From assembly GCA_963817895.1 (NCBI GenBank), contig CAWFQB010000009.1, positions 1-64,000 of the forward strand: a stretch of DNA of 64,000 nt, read 5' to 3'. The notes beneath the pieces are model-generated. The model had not been told where the DNA came from and did not search any database. It saw only the letters and a program-made list of their open reading frames with translations. The translations under genes were made by a program, and so were the position numbers. The DNA comes from an uncultured Chthonomonadaceae bacterium. GTDB lineage: Bacteria; Armatimonadota; Chthonomonadetes; Chthonomonadales; Chthonomonadaceae. Positions 13,661 through 24,996 of this stretch are shown piece by piece. Within the stretch, counting starts at the first letter, position 1. Every line of letters begins with the position of its first letter.

Positions 13661-14599
13661 ATGTCTGTTCCCCTGCTGACGACGGAAATACCCGGCCTGA
13701 CACGCTTCGCCACCGGCAAAGTGCGCGATGTGTACGATTTAGGCGACACGCTGCTGATTGTCGCCACAGATCGTATTTCGGCCTTTGACGCGATTATGCC
13801 CAACGGAATTCCCGATAAAGGCCGCGTTCTCACGCAACTGTCGCGCTTCTGGTTTCGCGTCCTGCGTCCCCTCGCGGCCACGCACTATGTCACCTGCGAC
13901 GATAATTTCATTGCGATGCGGATTCGAGAGGCGGGCGGGAAACTCTCCGAAGAATTGCGGCAGGGATTGGCAGGTCGGGCCATGCTGGGCGTGAAGGCGC
14001 AGGCGTTTCCCGTCGAGTGCGTTGTGCGGGGGTATCTGGCCGGGTCGCTGTGGAAGGAGTATGTTCAGGCGGGCGGAAGGGTGAAGCCCGTCACGCTGCA
14101 CGGGCTGGAACTGCCGGGGAATTTACAGGAGTGCGACCGACTGCCTCAACCATTGTTCAGTCCGGCCACCAAAGCGGAAAGCGGGCATGATGAGAACATC
14201 GGCTTTATGGAAACAGCGGCCATTGTCGGCGAAGAAACCGCGCATGAACTTGCCGCCATCAGCATCCGCCTGTATGAAGCCGCAGCCGAACGCGCTTTGC
14301 AAAACGGCCTGATACTGGCGGATACCAAATTCGAGTTCGGCCTGCATCAGAATGCCATCACCCTCATAGATGAAGCCCTGACGCCCGATTCTTCCCGCTA
14401 CTGGGAAGCCGCTGGTTACGAACCCGGTCATGCGCAGCCCTCCTACGACAAGCAGTTCGTTCGCGATTGGCTGGAATCGGCAGGCTGGAACAAAGAGCCA
14501 CCCGCGCCCCTCCTGCCCGAAGACGTAGTGGCGAAAACGCGGGACAAATACCGCGAAGCGTATCATCGAATTGTCGGCGCGGAATTAAACTGCGAATAA
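13661..14599 (+). CDS. purC: Phosphoribosylaminoimidazolesuccinocarboxamide (SAICAR) synthase
   Basis: GKVRDVY, ATDRISAFD, ECVVRGYLAGS, ADTKFEFG, DEALTPDSSRYW and SYDKQFVRDW. Confidence 0.97.
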   Translation: MSVPLLTTEIPGLTRFATGKVRDVYDLGDTLLIVATDRISAFDAIMPNGIPDKGRVLTQLSRFWFRVLRPLAATHYVTCDDNFIAMRIREAGGKLSEELRQGLAGRAMLGVKAQAFPVECVVRGYLAGSLWKEYVQAGGRVKPVTLHGLELPGNLQECDRLPQPLFSPATKAESGHDENIGFMETAAIVGEETAHELAAISIRLYEAAAERALQNGLILADTKFEFGLHQNAITLIDEALTPDSSRYWEAAGYEPGHAQPSYDKQFVRDWLESAGWNKEPPAPLLPEDVVAKTRDKYREAYHRIVGAELNCE

Positions 14600-14677
14600 A
14601 GACAACATCAGGAGGAGAGGGAACCGCGAAACGCGCAAACTATCGGGAATGCGATGAACTGCACACTCTGCCCGCCT

Positions 14678-15577
14678 TTATCTTTGCAGCCGACTGCTAA
14701 ACCACGCGCTTGCCACAATGCTCAATTTTTTAACCGTGCTGACGCGGGCGCGTTGGGAATACACGTCGTAGTTATGATCTTCGATGCTGTCTAAGATACC
14801 CCGGTAGATGTTGAGCATGATGGACAGGGTGGGACGGCCTGCTCTGTCAATAAGTGGAAACAGTTCGCGCGCCTGCCGGTAATACTCTTTGGCGCGGTCG
14901 GCCTCGAACTGCATCAGGGCGCGAAAACGGTCGGTCAGTTCGCCCTGTTTCAACTCCTGCTCGGTCACGCCGAAGCGCTGCAAGTCCTCCTGTGGCAGAT
15001 ATATGCGATCCCGGTCGGCATCCTCTTTAATGTCGCGCAGAATGTTCGTGAGTTGGAACGCCAGCCCGCACGATTCGGCGTACCGCATCGCCCGTCCGTC
15101 CCGCGCATCGAAGCCCCAGACGTGGATACAGACAAACCCGACGATGCTTGCCACGCGGTAGCAATACTGATGCAGTTCGTCCCACGTCGCATAGCGCGTC
15201 TTGGTCAGGTCCATCTCCGTGCCATCAATGAGGTCGTGGAAGTAGGAGGAGGGAATATTGTAATGGAGAACCGTCTCGTGGAACGCGGGCAAAATCAGGC
15301 TGTCGCCGTAATCGCCCGCAAAGGCTCGATCCAACGCCTGCCGCCACTCCAGCATCTCTACAGCTTTGGTTTTGTCCTCCGCCGCCTCATCGGAAACATC
15401 GTCGCTGTAGCGCATAAAGGCATAAATGGCGCACATGGCGGCCTTGCGTTCCGGCGATAATGTCAGGAACGAGTAGTAGAAGTTCTTGGCCTGCGTTCTG
15501 GCAACGTGTTCGCAATAGCGAAACGACTCGGCCAAACGTTCCGGCGGCACAGCAGCAGAGGAGAGTGAAGTTGTCAT
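14678..15577 (-). CDS. hpnD: Presqualene diphosphate / phytoene synthase family protein
   Basis: NFYYSF, IYAFMRYSDDVSD, YCYRVAS and AFQLTNILRDIKED...RIYLP; adjacent to hpnC. Confidence 0.85.
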   Translation of the reverse strand: MTTSLSSAAVPPERLAESFRYCEHVARTQAKNFYYSFLTLSPERKAAMCAIYAFMRYSDDVSDEAAEDKTKAVEMLEWRQALDRAFAGDYGDSLILPAFHETVLHYNIPSSYFHDLIDGTEMDLTKTRYATWDELHQYCYRVASIVGFVCIHVWGFDARDGRAMRYAESCGLAFQLTNILRDIKEDADRDRIYLPQEDLQRFGVTEQELKQGELTDRFRALMQFEADRAKEYYRQARELFPLIDRAGRPTLSIMLNIYRGILDSIEDHNYDVYSQRARVSTVKKLSIVASAWFSSRLQR

Positions 15578-15596
15578 AGGTGTAAGAAAAACGATT

Positions 15597-15773
15597 AAAC
15601 CACGGGAACACGGGGAGGAGAGGAGAAGAATTCATTAATTACACGAATTCACACGAACAAACATCTGTAAGACGCGCTTCTATTCGTGTTCAATCCTGTC
15701 AATCCTGAACGATCCTGTTCATCCTGTCTATTCTTCCCCTCTTCTCTCCGTGTCCTCCGTGTTCTCCGTGGTT
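15597..15773. repeat. Intergenic inverted tandem-repeat element
   Basis: aaccacgggaacacgggg...gagaagaa mirrored by ttcttc...ctccgtgttctccgtggtt, with internal atcctg units. Confidence 0.65.
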
Positions 15774-15784
15774 GAACCCAGTTG

Positions 15785-16677
15785 TTATTTTGCGAACAGG
15801 CGGCGGAAAAGAATCGCGAATTGGCGGCGTTTGGACACGGAGGGGCGATGTGTCAGCACATCGTACTTCTGCTGTTCGATGAGGCGCAGCACTTCCAGAC
15901 CGCCCTGCGTAAACATTTCGATGTCCAGCCGAACGCGCTTATCCACGAGCGCGCCCAATGCCGCGCCCTCATCAAACAAATCCGCGCCCGGTCTACCTCG
16001 AATTGCATCAGGGCGGCGAATTCGGGCGTGAATTGTCGGGCGAATAATTGTGGTTCAGTGTACCCGAAACGGCGCATATCTTCGAGGGGGATGTAGATGC
16101 GGTCTTTGTCCAAGTCGCGCGTTACGTCCTGCCAGAAGTTGGCAAGCTGAAGCGCGGCGCAGGTTTTGTCGGACAGGGCGAGGCGCTGTGGATCGTTGTA
16201 GCCGCACAGGTACAATACCAGTCGGCCTACGGGATTGGCGGAGTAGTGGCAGTAGCCTATGACCTCATCGAACGTTTCATAGCGCGTTGTGGCTTGATCC
16301 TGCCGGAAAGCGGTCAGCAGGTCGCGGAACGGCTCGGCGGGGATGCCGAACTTCGCGACGGTTTCCGCCAGCGCGACGAAAACCGGGTGGCGCGGTTCGC
16401 CCCGGTACATGGCGTCGAGTTCATCTTCCCACCAGTCCAGCAGTATCAGCGCTTTTCGGGTATCGCCGATTTCGTCGCCCAGGTCGTCGCTGACGCGGCA
16501 ATAGGCGTACACATTGTAAAAGTGCTGGCGCAGGGGTTTGGGACAGAAAACGCCCGCCACAAGAAAGTTCTCGTAGTGCGATTTGGCAAGGCGTTCGCAG
16601 TAACGCCGCGCCTCCTCGATTGTCACCGGCCCGTCTGCGCGATACGGATGCTCAATATTGTTTGCCGAAATATCCAT
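15785..16677 (-). CDS. hpnC: Squalene synthase HpnC (frameshift near 15980)
   Basis: LAKSHYENFLVA, YAYCRVSDDLGDE, YCHYSANPVGRLVL and ALQLANFWQDV; C-terminus in ORF 15785..15979. Confidence 0.92.
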
Positions 16678-16734
16678 GCTGCAAAGCTACCCGAAAACCG
16701 CCCCTGCCGTCAATAATCGCCGTCTTCTGAACTT

Positions 16735-16780
16735 CAAAAAGAGTGTGCCGACGTAACCACTGTGGGGTTACGTCGGCACA
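16735..16780 (-). terminator. Rho-independent terminator
   Basis: Perfect 15-bp stem tgtgccgacgtaacc / ggttacgtcggcaca followed on the minus strand by CTCTTTTT; lies downstream of the 16826..17326 gene. Confidence 0.8.
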
Positions 16781-16825
16781 AAGCCTGTCAGAACAATATT
16801 CGCGTTCATTCGCGGCTAAGAAAAA

Positions 16826-17326
16826 TCAATGAACGTGGATCGCGCCGCTGGTCAGGACGCCACCAACTTCGTACAGCACCGTTCCCGCGTCGTGACCGTC
16901 CGTGGCGACCACGCGAATGGAGATGGAGTCGTGATGCTCGCCATCGTCCGTCGCGATAACGCGAACGCGGGCGTGACGGTCATGCCAGAGTGTCGGCCCT
17001 TCAATATGCGCCGTATGCCCGGAAATGCTCAGATTATCAATCGGACGGACGAGGATATGCTGCACGGCCTGGCGATGCAAATTCAGTTCGTTGAACTCGA
17101 AACTGCCCTCCGGCCCGTTGTGGCCGAGCGTGACGGTGAAATTGAACTGCCCGACGTGGTGATCGTTGCCGATGGGAAACTCGCCCCTGCCATCGGCGGA
17201 CGGGTTCTGATAGGGAACGCCGAACAAACAGACAACGGTATGCTGCGCGCGGGCCATTGTCGCGCCCGCTCCACACAGCGCCAGACTGACGATAGCCGAC
17301 GCAGCCAACCAACCTGCCCTCTTCAT
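16826..17326 (-). CDS. Secreted beta-rich hypothetical protein
   Basis: GAGGAG RBS; signal peptide MKRAGWLAASAIVSLALCGAGATMARA; His-rich beta-strand pattern. Confidence 0.7.
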   Translation of the reverse strand: MKRAGWLAASAIVSLALCGAGATMARAQHTVVCLFGVPYQNPSADGRGEFPIGNDHHVGQFNFTVTLGHNGPEGSFEFNELNLHRQAVQHILVRPIDNLSISGHTAHIEGPTLWHDRHARVRVIATDDGEHHDSISIRVVATDGHDAGTVLYEVGGVLTSGAIHVH

Positions 17327-17587
17327 AAGATTCTGCTCCTCTTCGCGCGAAACCGGGCGGCATTGACCGAGGGGGCGCTGACCATTGCACAGCAAACTGC
17401 GGAACATACAAAGGGTCGCTGTTCGCGCAAAATGCTGCCTGCGATGATAAGAATGGCGTCAGGCCGACCGGGATAGGTAGGGGGTGTTTGCTTTGACTGC
17501 CCCTCATTCGCGCTTGTTCCAGCAGTGAGAGTTTATTTTAGAAATATTTTCCTGTGTTATGTAGAACCAGTGAGGGCTATTGGCGCG

Positions 17588-20500
17588 CTAACCTGAGCGG
17601 GCGAGGCGCAATCCCAACCCTGTGGGCTGTATTTCCAGAGCAAACTGAATCGCTTCCTCCAATTCATCCCCGGTGTCCGTGTTCCAGAGCGCGTGGATGG
17701 CAAGTGAGCCAAGGTGTTCGCGCAGTTCGGTCAGGCTCTTGTGCCGAGCCTGCTCATCGTTTCCTGTAAGCGGCGTGCCGATGCGTTCACGCAGATGGGC
17801 GGCAGCCGCATACAGACACGCCGAACGGGGCCAGTCCCGGCGCGTTTTTGCGATTTCGGCGAACACTTCCAGCGCAAACGCCACGCCCTCCTGATCCCCC
17901 AACTCCCGGCACAACTCCAGACATTCGATGACAAACGGCAGCGCGGCCTCAACATCCCCTTTTTCCGCGTTCAGTCCGGCCAGATTCCCCAGTGTCAGCG
18001 CCATGCCCTGCGCGTTACCGCTTGTCCGGTGCAATGCCAGGCATTGTTCGTACAATTTTTGCGCTTCCGCATACGCGCCGGTTTCTTTGGCGACATTGCC
18101 CAGGTTCATAATCGCCGTCGCGCGCATGGTCTTATGCCCGAACCGCTCTGAAATTGCCAGGCACTCAAGGTACAGTTGGCGGGCGCGGGGATAATCGCCC
18201 GTGTTTTTGGCGATGTTGCCCAGACTGCCAAGCGCAATCGCGATACCGGGCCAATCCTCCATTGCGCGGGCGATTTGCAGGGCGCGTTCGTGATATTCGC
18301 GCCCCGCCGCATAATCCCCCTGCATGTTCGCCAGAATGCCCGCAGCCGCCAACGCTTTACGCTGCGCTTTCGGATGGGCGGCAATACCGGGACGGCACAA
18401 CGCATCATTCAGCCGGTCGCGCCCTTCCCGAATATAGCCCCGTGTCCACCAGAAAACCTGCATGGCGGACGCAAGGCGCAGTTCTGATTCCACCCTGTCA
18501 GCGCGTTCCGCAAACCATTGCAACGCGGCGCGGACGTTGTTATGCTCCTGTTCCAGCCGGGTGAACCAGAGAGCCTGCTCCGGGCCATTGAACTCCCGGT
18601 CGGCGGTTTCGGCAAGGCTCAAAAAGTAATCGGCATGGGCGCGGCGGGTGGCTTCTCGCGGCGGCTCATCCCACTGTTCCCCGGCAAATTCGCGTACGCT
18701 TTCCAACAGGCGAAAACGCATCTCCTCACTGTCATTGGCTGAATCCGCTACAACAAGCGACCGTTCACGCAGTTGCGAAAGAAGATGCAGCGCATGGGGC
18801 TGCCCGCAAACGGTTTCCGCCGCTTCCAGACTCCATCCGCCCCGGAACACCGTCACCTGTGTCAGAAACGCCTGTAGGTCGGGCGACAGCAAATCTACGC
18901 TCCAGGCAATCGCCGCCCGCAGGGTTTGATGCCGCTCCGCTCCCCCGCCTCGCCTGCTAACAAGGAGATCGAAGCGGCTTTCCAGATGCGCTTCCAGATT
19001 CGCCAGCATTTGAGTGGGCGTTAGCGTACCCGCCCACGCGCCCGCCAGTTCCAGCGCGAGCGGCAAGCCCTCCAGACGCGAACACAGGGCGGCAAGGGCG
19101 TTGGCGTTGCGCGGAGTGCGCTGAAAGTCGGGACGAACCGCCTGCGCCCGATCCACAAACAGCAGTTCGCTATGGGGTTCGGAAAGCGCTTCCACCTCAT
19201 ACACCCGTTCGCCCGGAATCGCCAGCCGATGCCGCGACGTTATCAGGGTGGACAGCAGCGGCAGGCGCGTGAGCAGTTGTTCCACGACCAGACTGCCGCC
19301 AGGCATCAGTTGCTCGAAATTATCCAGTATCAGCAGCATTCGCGTTTGCGGCAAATGGCGAAACAGAGCAGCAAACTCCTCGCCGCTACTGGCGGGCGGC
19401 AGTCGCAGCCCGTCCAAAATCGCCCGCGCGATCCATTCCGGTTCGGTTATGTCCGCAAGATTGACAAACGCCGCAGGCAGCGAATCGTTCGCCTGCAATT
19501 CGCGCGCGGTTTCTACGGCCAGGCGCGTTTTCCCCGCGCCGCCGGGGCCGGTCAGTGTTACGCAGCGCGCAGGCGCGGCAGTTGGTTCCCGCCCCTCCGC
19601 ATTCAGGCTTTGATAAACATCAAAGGGCGCGGAACGCCACGCCTCCGTGTCGCTTTGCGCGGATACTTTCGGACACAGCAGTTGTGTAAGGTTCCGAATA
19701 TCCGCCTCGCGTCCAAAACAGCGCGTCAGAAATACGGGCAGGGGCAGATTGGCGTATGTGGGAGTTGGGGCCGAAGTGGTATCCGATTCGGAGGATTGGC
19801 GAGGCGGAACGAACGCGGCGCAGGTTTCAGGCATCAGCGCGGATGCGGATTGGGCGCGTTTGGCTGCGGGGATGGCGCTGCTTTTGGTTATAGTTGTCAC
19901 GACGGGAACCGGCAGCGTTGCCGCAAGTTCGGTTGCTTCTCGCCCCGGCGTCGCGTTCAGCCCGTCGCGCAATGCGGTTTGCAGATACTGATACTGCCGC
20001 GCCGCGTCGTGAGGACGGTTGACGCGCAGGTACAGGCGCATCAATGCCAGGTGCGTTTCTTCCCGCAGCGGATCGGCGGACACCAGTCGGCGGGCATACC
20101 GAATCGGCTTTTCCAGGTCGTCCCCACCCTGCAAACCTTCCACCAGACATTCCAGGGTCCGCAGATAGGACGCCTTCAGCCGCTCCCGCTCCGCCAGCGC
20201 CCACTCCTCGTAGTCGCCCGGCAGCAAATCCCCGCCATAGCGCAAAACAGCCCGCTCCCATGATGCGATTTGCGCGTCCCAATCCTGCGCTTTGTCGCCC
20301 GCGCGTATATCCGCTTCAAATGCGGCAACGTCGGTTTCAATGCTGTGCGCGTTCAGGCGCAGGCAGGTTCGGTCGGCAAACAAAACGGTTCCGGTCAGTA
20401 TCCCCGGCGGTTCCAGTTGACGCCGCAGGGACGCCAGCGCCAGCCGCAGTTTGGCTCGCCCGGATTCCAGCGCATCGTCGGGCCAGAAGCGGTCGGCGAT

Positions 20501-20650
20501 CTCCTCGCGGGCGTGAGAACGCTGCGGAAAGCAGGCCAGAAAGCCGAACAGACTCGCCGCTTTGCGCGTCCGAAAGCGCGTCACGCAACAGGTTGTTTGT
20601 TCGGCTTTACAATCGCCAAGCAGAGTAATACGCCAGGGTTCGACAAGCAT
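17588..20650 (-). CDS. SARP/AfsR-like regulator: BTAD + STAND ATPase + TPR
   Basis: wHTH/BTAD (DPLREETHLALMRLY), Walker A GPGGAGKT, LLILDNFE, LEGLPLALELA and C-terminal TPRs. Confidence 0.93.
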   Translation of the reverse strand: MLVEPWRITLLGDCKAEQTTCCVTRFRTRKAASLFGFLACFPQRSHAREEIADRFWPDDALESGRAKLRLALASLRRQLEPPGILTGTVLFADRTCLRLNAHSIETDVAAFEADIRAGDKAQDWDAQIASWERAVLRYGGDLLPGDYEEWALAERERLKASYLRTLECLVEGLQGGDDLEKPIRYARRLVSADPLREETHLALMRLYLRVNRPHDAARQYQYLQTALRDGLNATPGREATELAATLPVPVVTTITKSSAIPAAKRAQSASALMPETCAAFVPPRQSSESDTTSAPTPTYANLPLPVFLTRCFGREADIRNLTQLLCPKVSAQSDTEAWRSAPFDVYQSLNAEGREPTAAPARCVTLTGPGGAGKTRLAVETARELQANDSLPAAFVNLADITEPEWIARAILDGLRLPPASSGEEFAALFRHLPQTRMLLILDNFEQLMPGGSLVVEQLLTRLPLLSTLITSRHRLAIPGERVYEVEALSEPHSELLFVDRAQAVRPDFQRTPRNANALAALCSRLEGLPLALELAGAWAGTLTPTQMLANLEAHLESRFDLLVSRRGGGAERHQTLRAAIAWSVDLLSPDLQAFLTQVTVFRGGWSLEAAETVCGQPHALHLLSQLRERSLVVADSANDSEEMRFRLLESVREFAGEQWDEPPREATRRAHADYFLSLAETADREFNGPEQALWFTRLEQEHNNVRAALQWFAERADRVESELRLASAMQVFWWTRGYIREGRDRLNDALCRPGIAAHPKAQRKALAAAGILANMQGDYAAGREYHERALQIARAMEDWPGIAIALGSLGNIAKNTGDYPRARQLYLECLAISERFGHKTMRATAIMNLGNVAKETGAYAEAQKLYEQCLALHRTSGNAQGMALTLGNLAGLNAEKGDVEAALPFVIECLELCRELGDQEGVAFALEVFAEIAKTRRDWPRSACLYAAAAHLRERIGTPLTGNDEQARHKSLTELREHLGSLAIHALWNTDTGDELEEAIQFALEIQPTGLGLRLARSG

Positions 20651-20711
20651 AAATGACGCAAAGCTCCTTCGCTTCCCCTAAATGAATACACTTGTCAGTA
20701 TAACACGGATT

Positions 20712-21077
20712 TCAGTGAAGCGCACTGCCATTTGAGGTATTGTTATCCCCATTTTGCTCCATAATCTGCGCTGTTACCGCTCCGCCCCGCAGAATTACCT
20801 GACAGCCAAGCCGTGATTCAGCAGTCTGGTTTTCCGCTGACGTGAGCCGATCCGCTTCCACGTCCTCGATATGGGAAAGATGCTCCGCCCCGGCCAGAAT
20901 GTGGACGTGGCACGTCGTACACGCGCAGTTCCCGCCGCACTCATGCGGCAGGTCAATACCATTATCCAACGCGGCATCCAAAATGGTATCCCCGGCGCGA
21001 ACAGATACGGTTAAATTCTGCGGCAGAAACGTCAGAGTAATAAGTGGACGCAGTTCTCTTTTTACAAATTCTGGCAT
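20712..21077 (-). CDS. 2Fe-2S ferredoxin (adrenodoxin-type)
   Basis: HECGGNCACTTCHV and SRLGCQ. Confidence 0.95.
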   Translation of the reverse strand: MPEFVKRELRPLITLTFLPQNLTVSVRAGDTILDAALDNGIDLPHECGGNCACTTCHVHILAGAEHLSHIEDVEADRLTSAENQTAESRLGCQVILRGGAVTAQIMEQNGDNNTSNGSALH

Positions 21078-21248
21078 AGCATGTTTCTTAATGGATTGTG
21101 GCTATAAGCCAGCTTTTCATCAAAAGGCAAAGGATTTCCACGCATACATACCTAATTTTACCCCGAACGCCTGAATACCCAATACCTGAACCGCGCCCGC
21201 TCCCCTGCCGAACATTTGGATACCGACATTGCAAGGAGACTCCAATTT

Positions 21249-22655
21249 ATGATTTCCGTTGATCCGAAGGTGTTTCGGACCTACGATATACGCGCCCTTG
21301 TGCCTGACATGGTGACGCCCGATAGCGAGTATTACGGCGAACTGAACAATCCCGCCGCCTTTCTCGCCACGCTGACGACGGAACAGGTCGAGCAGATAGG
21401 GCGCGGACTGGGCGACCTGCTGGACGGAGAAACCGTCGCTATCGGGCATGACGCCCGCCTATCCGGTCCCGCATGGGCGGACGCGCTGGCAAAAGGGCTG
21501 TCGCAGCAGGGCGCGAATGTGATTCTGCTCGGCTACGCCACAACCGACATGGTGTATTACGCTTCGGGCAAAATGAACGTCTGCGGCGTGGAGATTACCG
21601 CCTCCCACAGTCCGAAAGAACTGAATGGCATGAAGATCGTGCGTCCCGGCGCGCAGGTCATTGGCATGGGTTCGGGCATGGAACAACTGCGCGATATTGT
21701 CGCGTCAGGAAATTTCGCGCCGGATAAGCCACCGGGAAGCATCACGCGCAAAGATATTCTGGCCGAATCCACCGGCCATTTGATGCAGTTTCTTGACCCC
21801 GCGCTGGTGAAACCCTTTAGCATCGTCGCCGACGCGGGCAACGGCGTGGGCGGACTGGCCGCGCATGAACTTTTCGCCCGCTTCCCGCAACTGAACGTCA
21901 CGGAACTGTTCTTTGAGCCGGACGGCAATTTCCCCAATCATGGCCCCAACCCGTTTGAACACGAAAACATTGCGCAGCTTGTTTCCGAAGTGAAAGCCCG
22001 CAAAGCCGACTTTGGCGTGGCGTGGGACGGGGACGCCGACCGCGTGTTCTTCGTGGACGAAACCGGAACGGCCATATCGGGCGATGTGATTACGACCCTC
22101 GTGGCCCGCCACTTTCTAAAAATGCGCCCCGGCTCGACCATTGTATACGACCTGCGCGCGTCCTGGGCGGTGCGCGACTGGGTATCCAAACTGGGCGGCA
22201 ATCCGGTATCCGAGCGTGTTGGACACTCGTTCATCAAGCGCCGGATGCGGGCGGAAAACGCGGTTTTCGGCGGCGAAGTGTCCGGCCATTACTATTTCCG
22301 CGACCATTTCTATGCGGACAACGGCTACATTCCCCTGCTGTCCCTGCTGCAAATGCTCAGTGAAAGCGGCCAATCTCTCAGTGAACTGGTTGCCGGCCTG
22401 GGCGCGTACTACCTGTCCGGCGAAATCAATTCTACCGTACCCGACACCGGCGCGGTTCTGGAACGCATCCAGACCCTGTTCGCGGACGGCGACATAGACC
22501 GGCGCGACGGCATCACGGTAGAATACCCCGACTGGCATTTCAACGTGCGCCCGTCCGCCAACGATCCGCTCATTCGCCTCAACCTCGAAGCCCGCAGCCA
22601 GATAGAAATGGAACGCAAGCGCGACAAACTGCTGGCGATTATACGACAGCCCTAA
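21249..22655 (+). CDS. Phosphomannomutase/phosphoglucomutase
   Basis: FRTYDIR, ITASHSP, DGDADR, GGEVSGHYY and VRPSANDP; AAGGAG RBS before ATG 21249. Confidence 0.95.
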   Translation: MISVDPKVFRTYDIRALVPDMVTPDSEYYGELNNPAAFLATLTTEQVEQIGRGLGDLLDGETVAIGHDARLSGPAWADALAKGLSQQGANVILLGYATTDMVYYASGKMNVCGVEITASHSPKELNGMKIVRPGAQVIGMGSGMEQLRDIVASGNFAPDKPPGSITRKDILAESTGHLMQFLDPALVKPFSIVADAGNGVGGLAAHELFARFPQLNVTELFFEPDGNFPNHGPNPFEHENIAQLVSEVKARKADFGVAWDGDADRVFFVDETGTAISGDVITTLVARHFLKMRPGSTIVYDLRASWAVRDWVSKLGGNPVSERVGHSFIKRRMRAENAVFGGEVSGHYYFRDHFYADNGYIPLLSLLQMLSESGQSLSELVAGLGAYYLSGEINSTVPDTGAVLERIQTLFADGDIDRRDGITVEYPDWHFNVRPSANDPLIRLNLEARSQIEMERKRDKLLAIIRQP

Positions 22656-22816
22656 AAGAGAAGACAGACTTCTATTCAGCAGGGTATACGACAAATGCAA
22701 AATTGGATGGACGCGCAGCCCAATGATGCGCGTTGGAACGGCATTGGAAGAGTTCGATATTTTAGAGGAAGCGGCGCGAATTGTTGAAGAACGACAATTC
22801 GCGCTTGTTCACAGCC

Positions 22817-24928
22817 ATGCACAATAACAAATTCTGGAAAGCGGCAGCAAACGTGTTTTGTTTTCTTTCGGCGCTTGCCGCAAGCGTTGCCGCGCAAACA
22901 TGGGAGCCGGTTCCGCTGATCACAAAGGCGAGTCGGGACGCGGGCAATGTGGGCGGCGAGGGGGCGCAATGGGCGCGGGCAATGGCGGTTTCGGGCAAGG
23001 CTGAACTGCTGCTGTACGGAACGGATGTCGGCGGGTTATTTCGCAGCCGCAACGGCGGGCAGTTGTGGGAGCCGTGCAACGTCGGATACTCGCCGCGCGG
23101 CACGAGCGGGCTTGCCATTGACCCGCATAACCCGCGCCGCTGCCTGTCAGTCGGCGCCAATTCCGTACCCGGCAACTGGAACGGCCTGTACCTGTCAACG
23201 GACGGCGCGGCCAGTTGGAAGCAGGTCTTGCCGCTCAACATCGCCGGAAGTCAGGACAGCCGCGAACAGCTTGCTTTCGATCCGGCTACCTATGACGCCA
23301 GATCGGGCTACACCCGTGTCGTCTACTGGTCGCGCATCGGAGCGGAAGATAAGCCGTCCTGGGGCAAAGCCGACAGTCACCCCGCGCTGTACAAATCCGA
23401 AGATGGCGGACAAACATGGCGCGAACTGCCCGATACCTCCCGGTTCGGCGGCAGCATCCTCAAAGTCCATACGCAGGGCTTCGACGGCAGCATCCTTCAC
23501 CAAAGCGTTCACAATCATATCCTCTTTGTTGCCAACGCGAAAGGCGTGTTTCGTAGTCTGGACGGCGGCAAAACGTTTGAACACACGTTCGCGCAGCCGA
23601 TAGACGGGCTGGATATATGCAGGCAGGGGCCGGGACCGGATTGGGGTTCCGCCGTTTACATCTGCGGCAGGGGCGGCGTATGGCGCTCTGACAATCAGGG
23701 CAAGACATTTGAGAAGTTGGCAGGCAAGGGCCTGCCGACAACCGGGACGCTGCTCAACATTCACGTCAACCCTGCCAACAACAACTTGATTCTATGGGCC
23801 AATTTAGGCGGATACAACTGGCCGCGTTTTGCGTCCCATGATGGCGGCGAAACCTGGCAGCAGGCCAAAATAGACAACACGAACGCTTTTCTGCCCTCCA
23901 ACGCGCGGCAGGGCTTGTTCCTGTGGCATCCTCAAAATGCCAACATCGCGTGGTCGGTGGGCGGCGACTGGCCGACGAAAAGCGTGGATGGCGGCATTAC
24001 GTGGAAGTGGTCGGGCAGTGGCTACAACGTGGTTTTAGTCGGGGGCATGTTCCAGTTCAACGCGCAGAACCCCGATCTGCTGTTTGTCGGCTCACAGGAC
24101 TATAACGGCGCATCTACCACCGACGGCGGCAAAACGTGGACGTACCAGAACCCGAGCGGCAACGGCTGGGGCGGCTTCACATACGGCGGCTACGCGGCCT
24201 CCCCGCAGGTCATGTTTGTCGGCAACGCGGCCGGTTGGGGCGCCCCGCGCGTTTTAACCGTCACCCGCGATGGCGGCAAAACGTGGACAAGCGCGGGCCT
24301 GAAATACGCCGGCCCCGATGTGGCGAACGGCGACCCGACCGCCCCGAATGTTCTCTTCGCGTCCAATCTGCGCAGCGCGGATGGCGGTAAAACCTGGCAG
24401 GCAATGACGGATTGCGAAGCCGTGTACACGTCCAATCCTGCCGGGGCGCGAGAACTCTACGGCAAAAACAAAACCGCCCTCGTCCGTTCTGAGGATCACG
24501 GCGCGACCTGGACAAAAATCGCCGATGTTCCCGGCGGATTGGAAGACGTTGCCGTTGACCCGGCGCGCAAACGCTGGTACGTGGCCTCGGAAAGCCGCTT
24601 GAAGCAGATTGATAACAGCAAAGTAATGATTGTGGATACGCCACCCGACCAGTATGGCAGCCACCGCGTCACCACTGTCGCCGTTGACCCCGTAAACCCG
24701 AACATAATCTACGTCGGCAGCCACAAAGACATCTATTCCGCTTCCAATGCGGTAATGCGCTCGACGGACGCGGGCGCTCACTGGACAATCCTCACGCGCT
24801 CCATGCCCCTCGATGGCAAAACACCAGACGGCGGGCGCGAGGCCTTTTGCATCCGCGTTCACCCCAAAACCCGTTACGCCTACGTCGCCACCTCCTGCTA
24901 CGGCATCTGGAAAATCCCACCGCCGTAG
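22817..24928 (+). CDS. Secreted BNR/Asp-box (VPS10/GH74-like) beta-propeller protein
   Basis: Signal peptide, TDVGGLFRS and many SxDGGxTW repeats. Confidence 0.88.
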   Translation: MHNNKFWKAAANVFCFLSALAASVAAQTWEPVPLITKASRDAGNVGGEGAQWARAMAVSGKAELLLYGTDVGGLFRSRNGGQLWEPCNVGYSPRGTSGLAIDPHNPRRCLSVGANSVPGNWNGLYLSTDGAASWKQVLPLNIAGSQDSREQLAFDPATYDARSGYTRVVYWSRIGAEDKPSWGKADSHPALYKSEDGGQTWRELPDTSRFGGSILKVHTQGFDGSILHQSVHNHILFVANAKGVFRSLDGGKTFEHTFAQPIDGLDICRQGPGPDWGSAVYICGRGGVWRSDNQGKTFEKLAGKGLPTTGTLLNIHVNPANNNLILWANLGGYNWPRFASHDGGETWQQAKIDNTNAFLPSNARQGLFLWHPQNANIAWSVGGDWPTKSVDGGITWKWSGSGYNVVLVGGMFQFNAQNPDLLFVGSQDYNGASTTDGGKTWTYQNPSGNGWGGFTYGGYAASPQVMFVGNAAGWGAPRVLTVTRDGGKTWTSAGLKYAGPDVANGDPTAPNVLFASNLRSADGGKTWQAMTDCEAVYTSNPAGARELYGKNKTALVRSEDHGATWTKIADVPGGLEDVAVDPARKRWYVASESRLKQIDNSKVMIVDTPPDQYGSHRVTTVAVDPVNPNIIYVGSHKDIYSASNAVMRSTDAGAHWTILTRSMPLDGKTPDGGREAFCIRVHPKTRYAYVATSCYGIWKIPPP

Positions 24929-24996
24929 GGAAGAAAAGGAGAAAAGGAGAAGAGGAGAAAAGGAGATAGGAATCGCTAAAAACGCGAAATATCGGT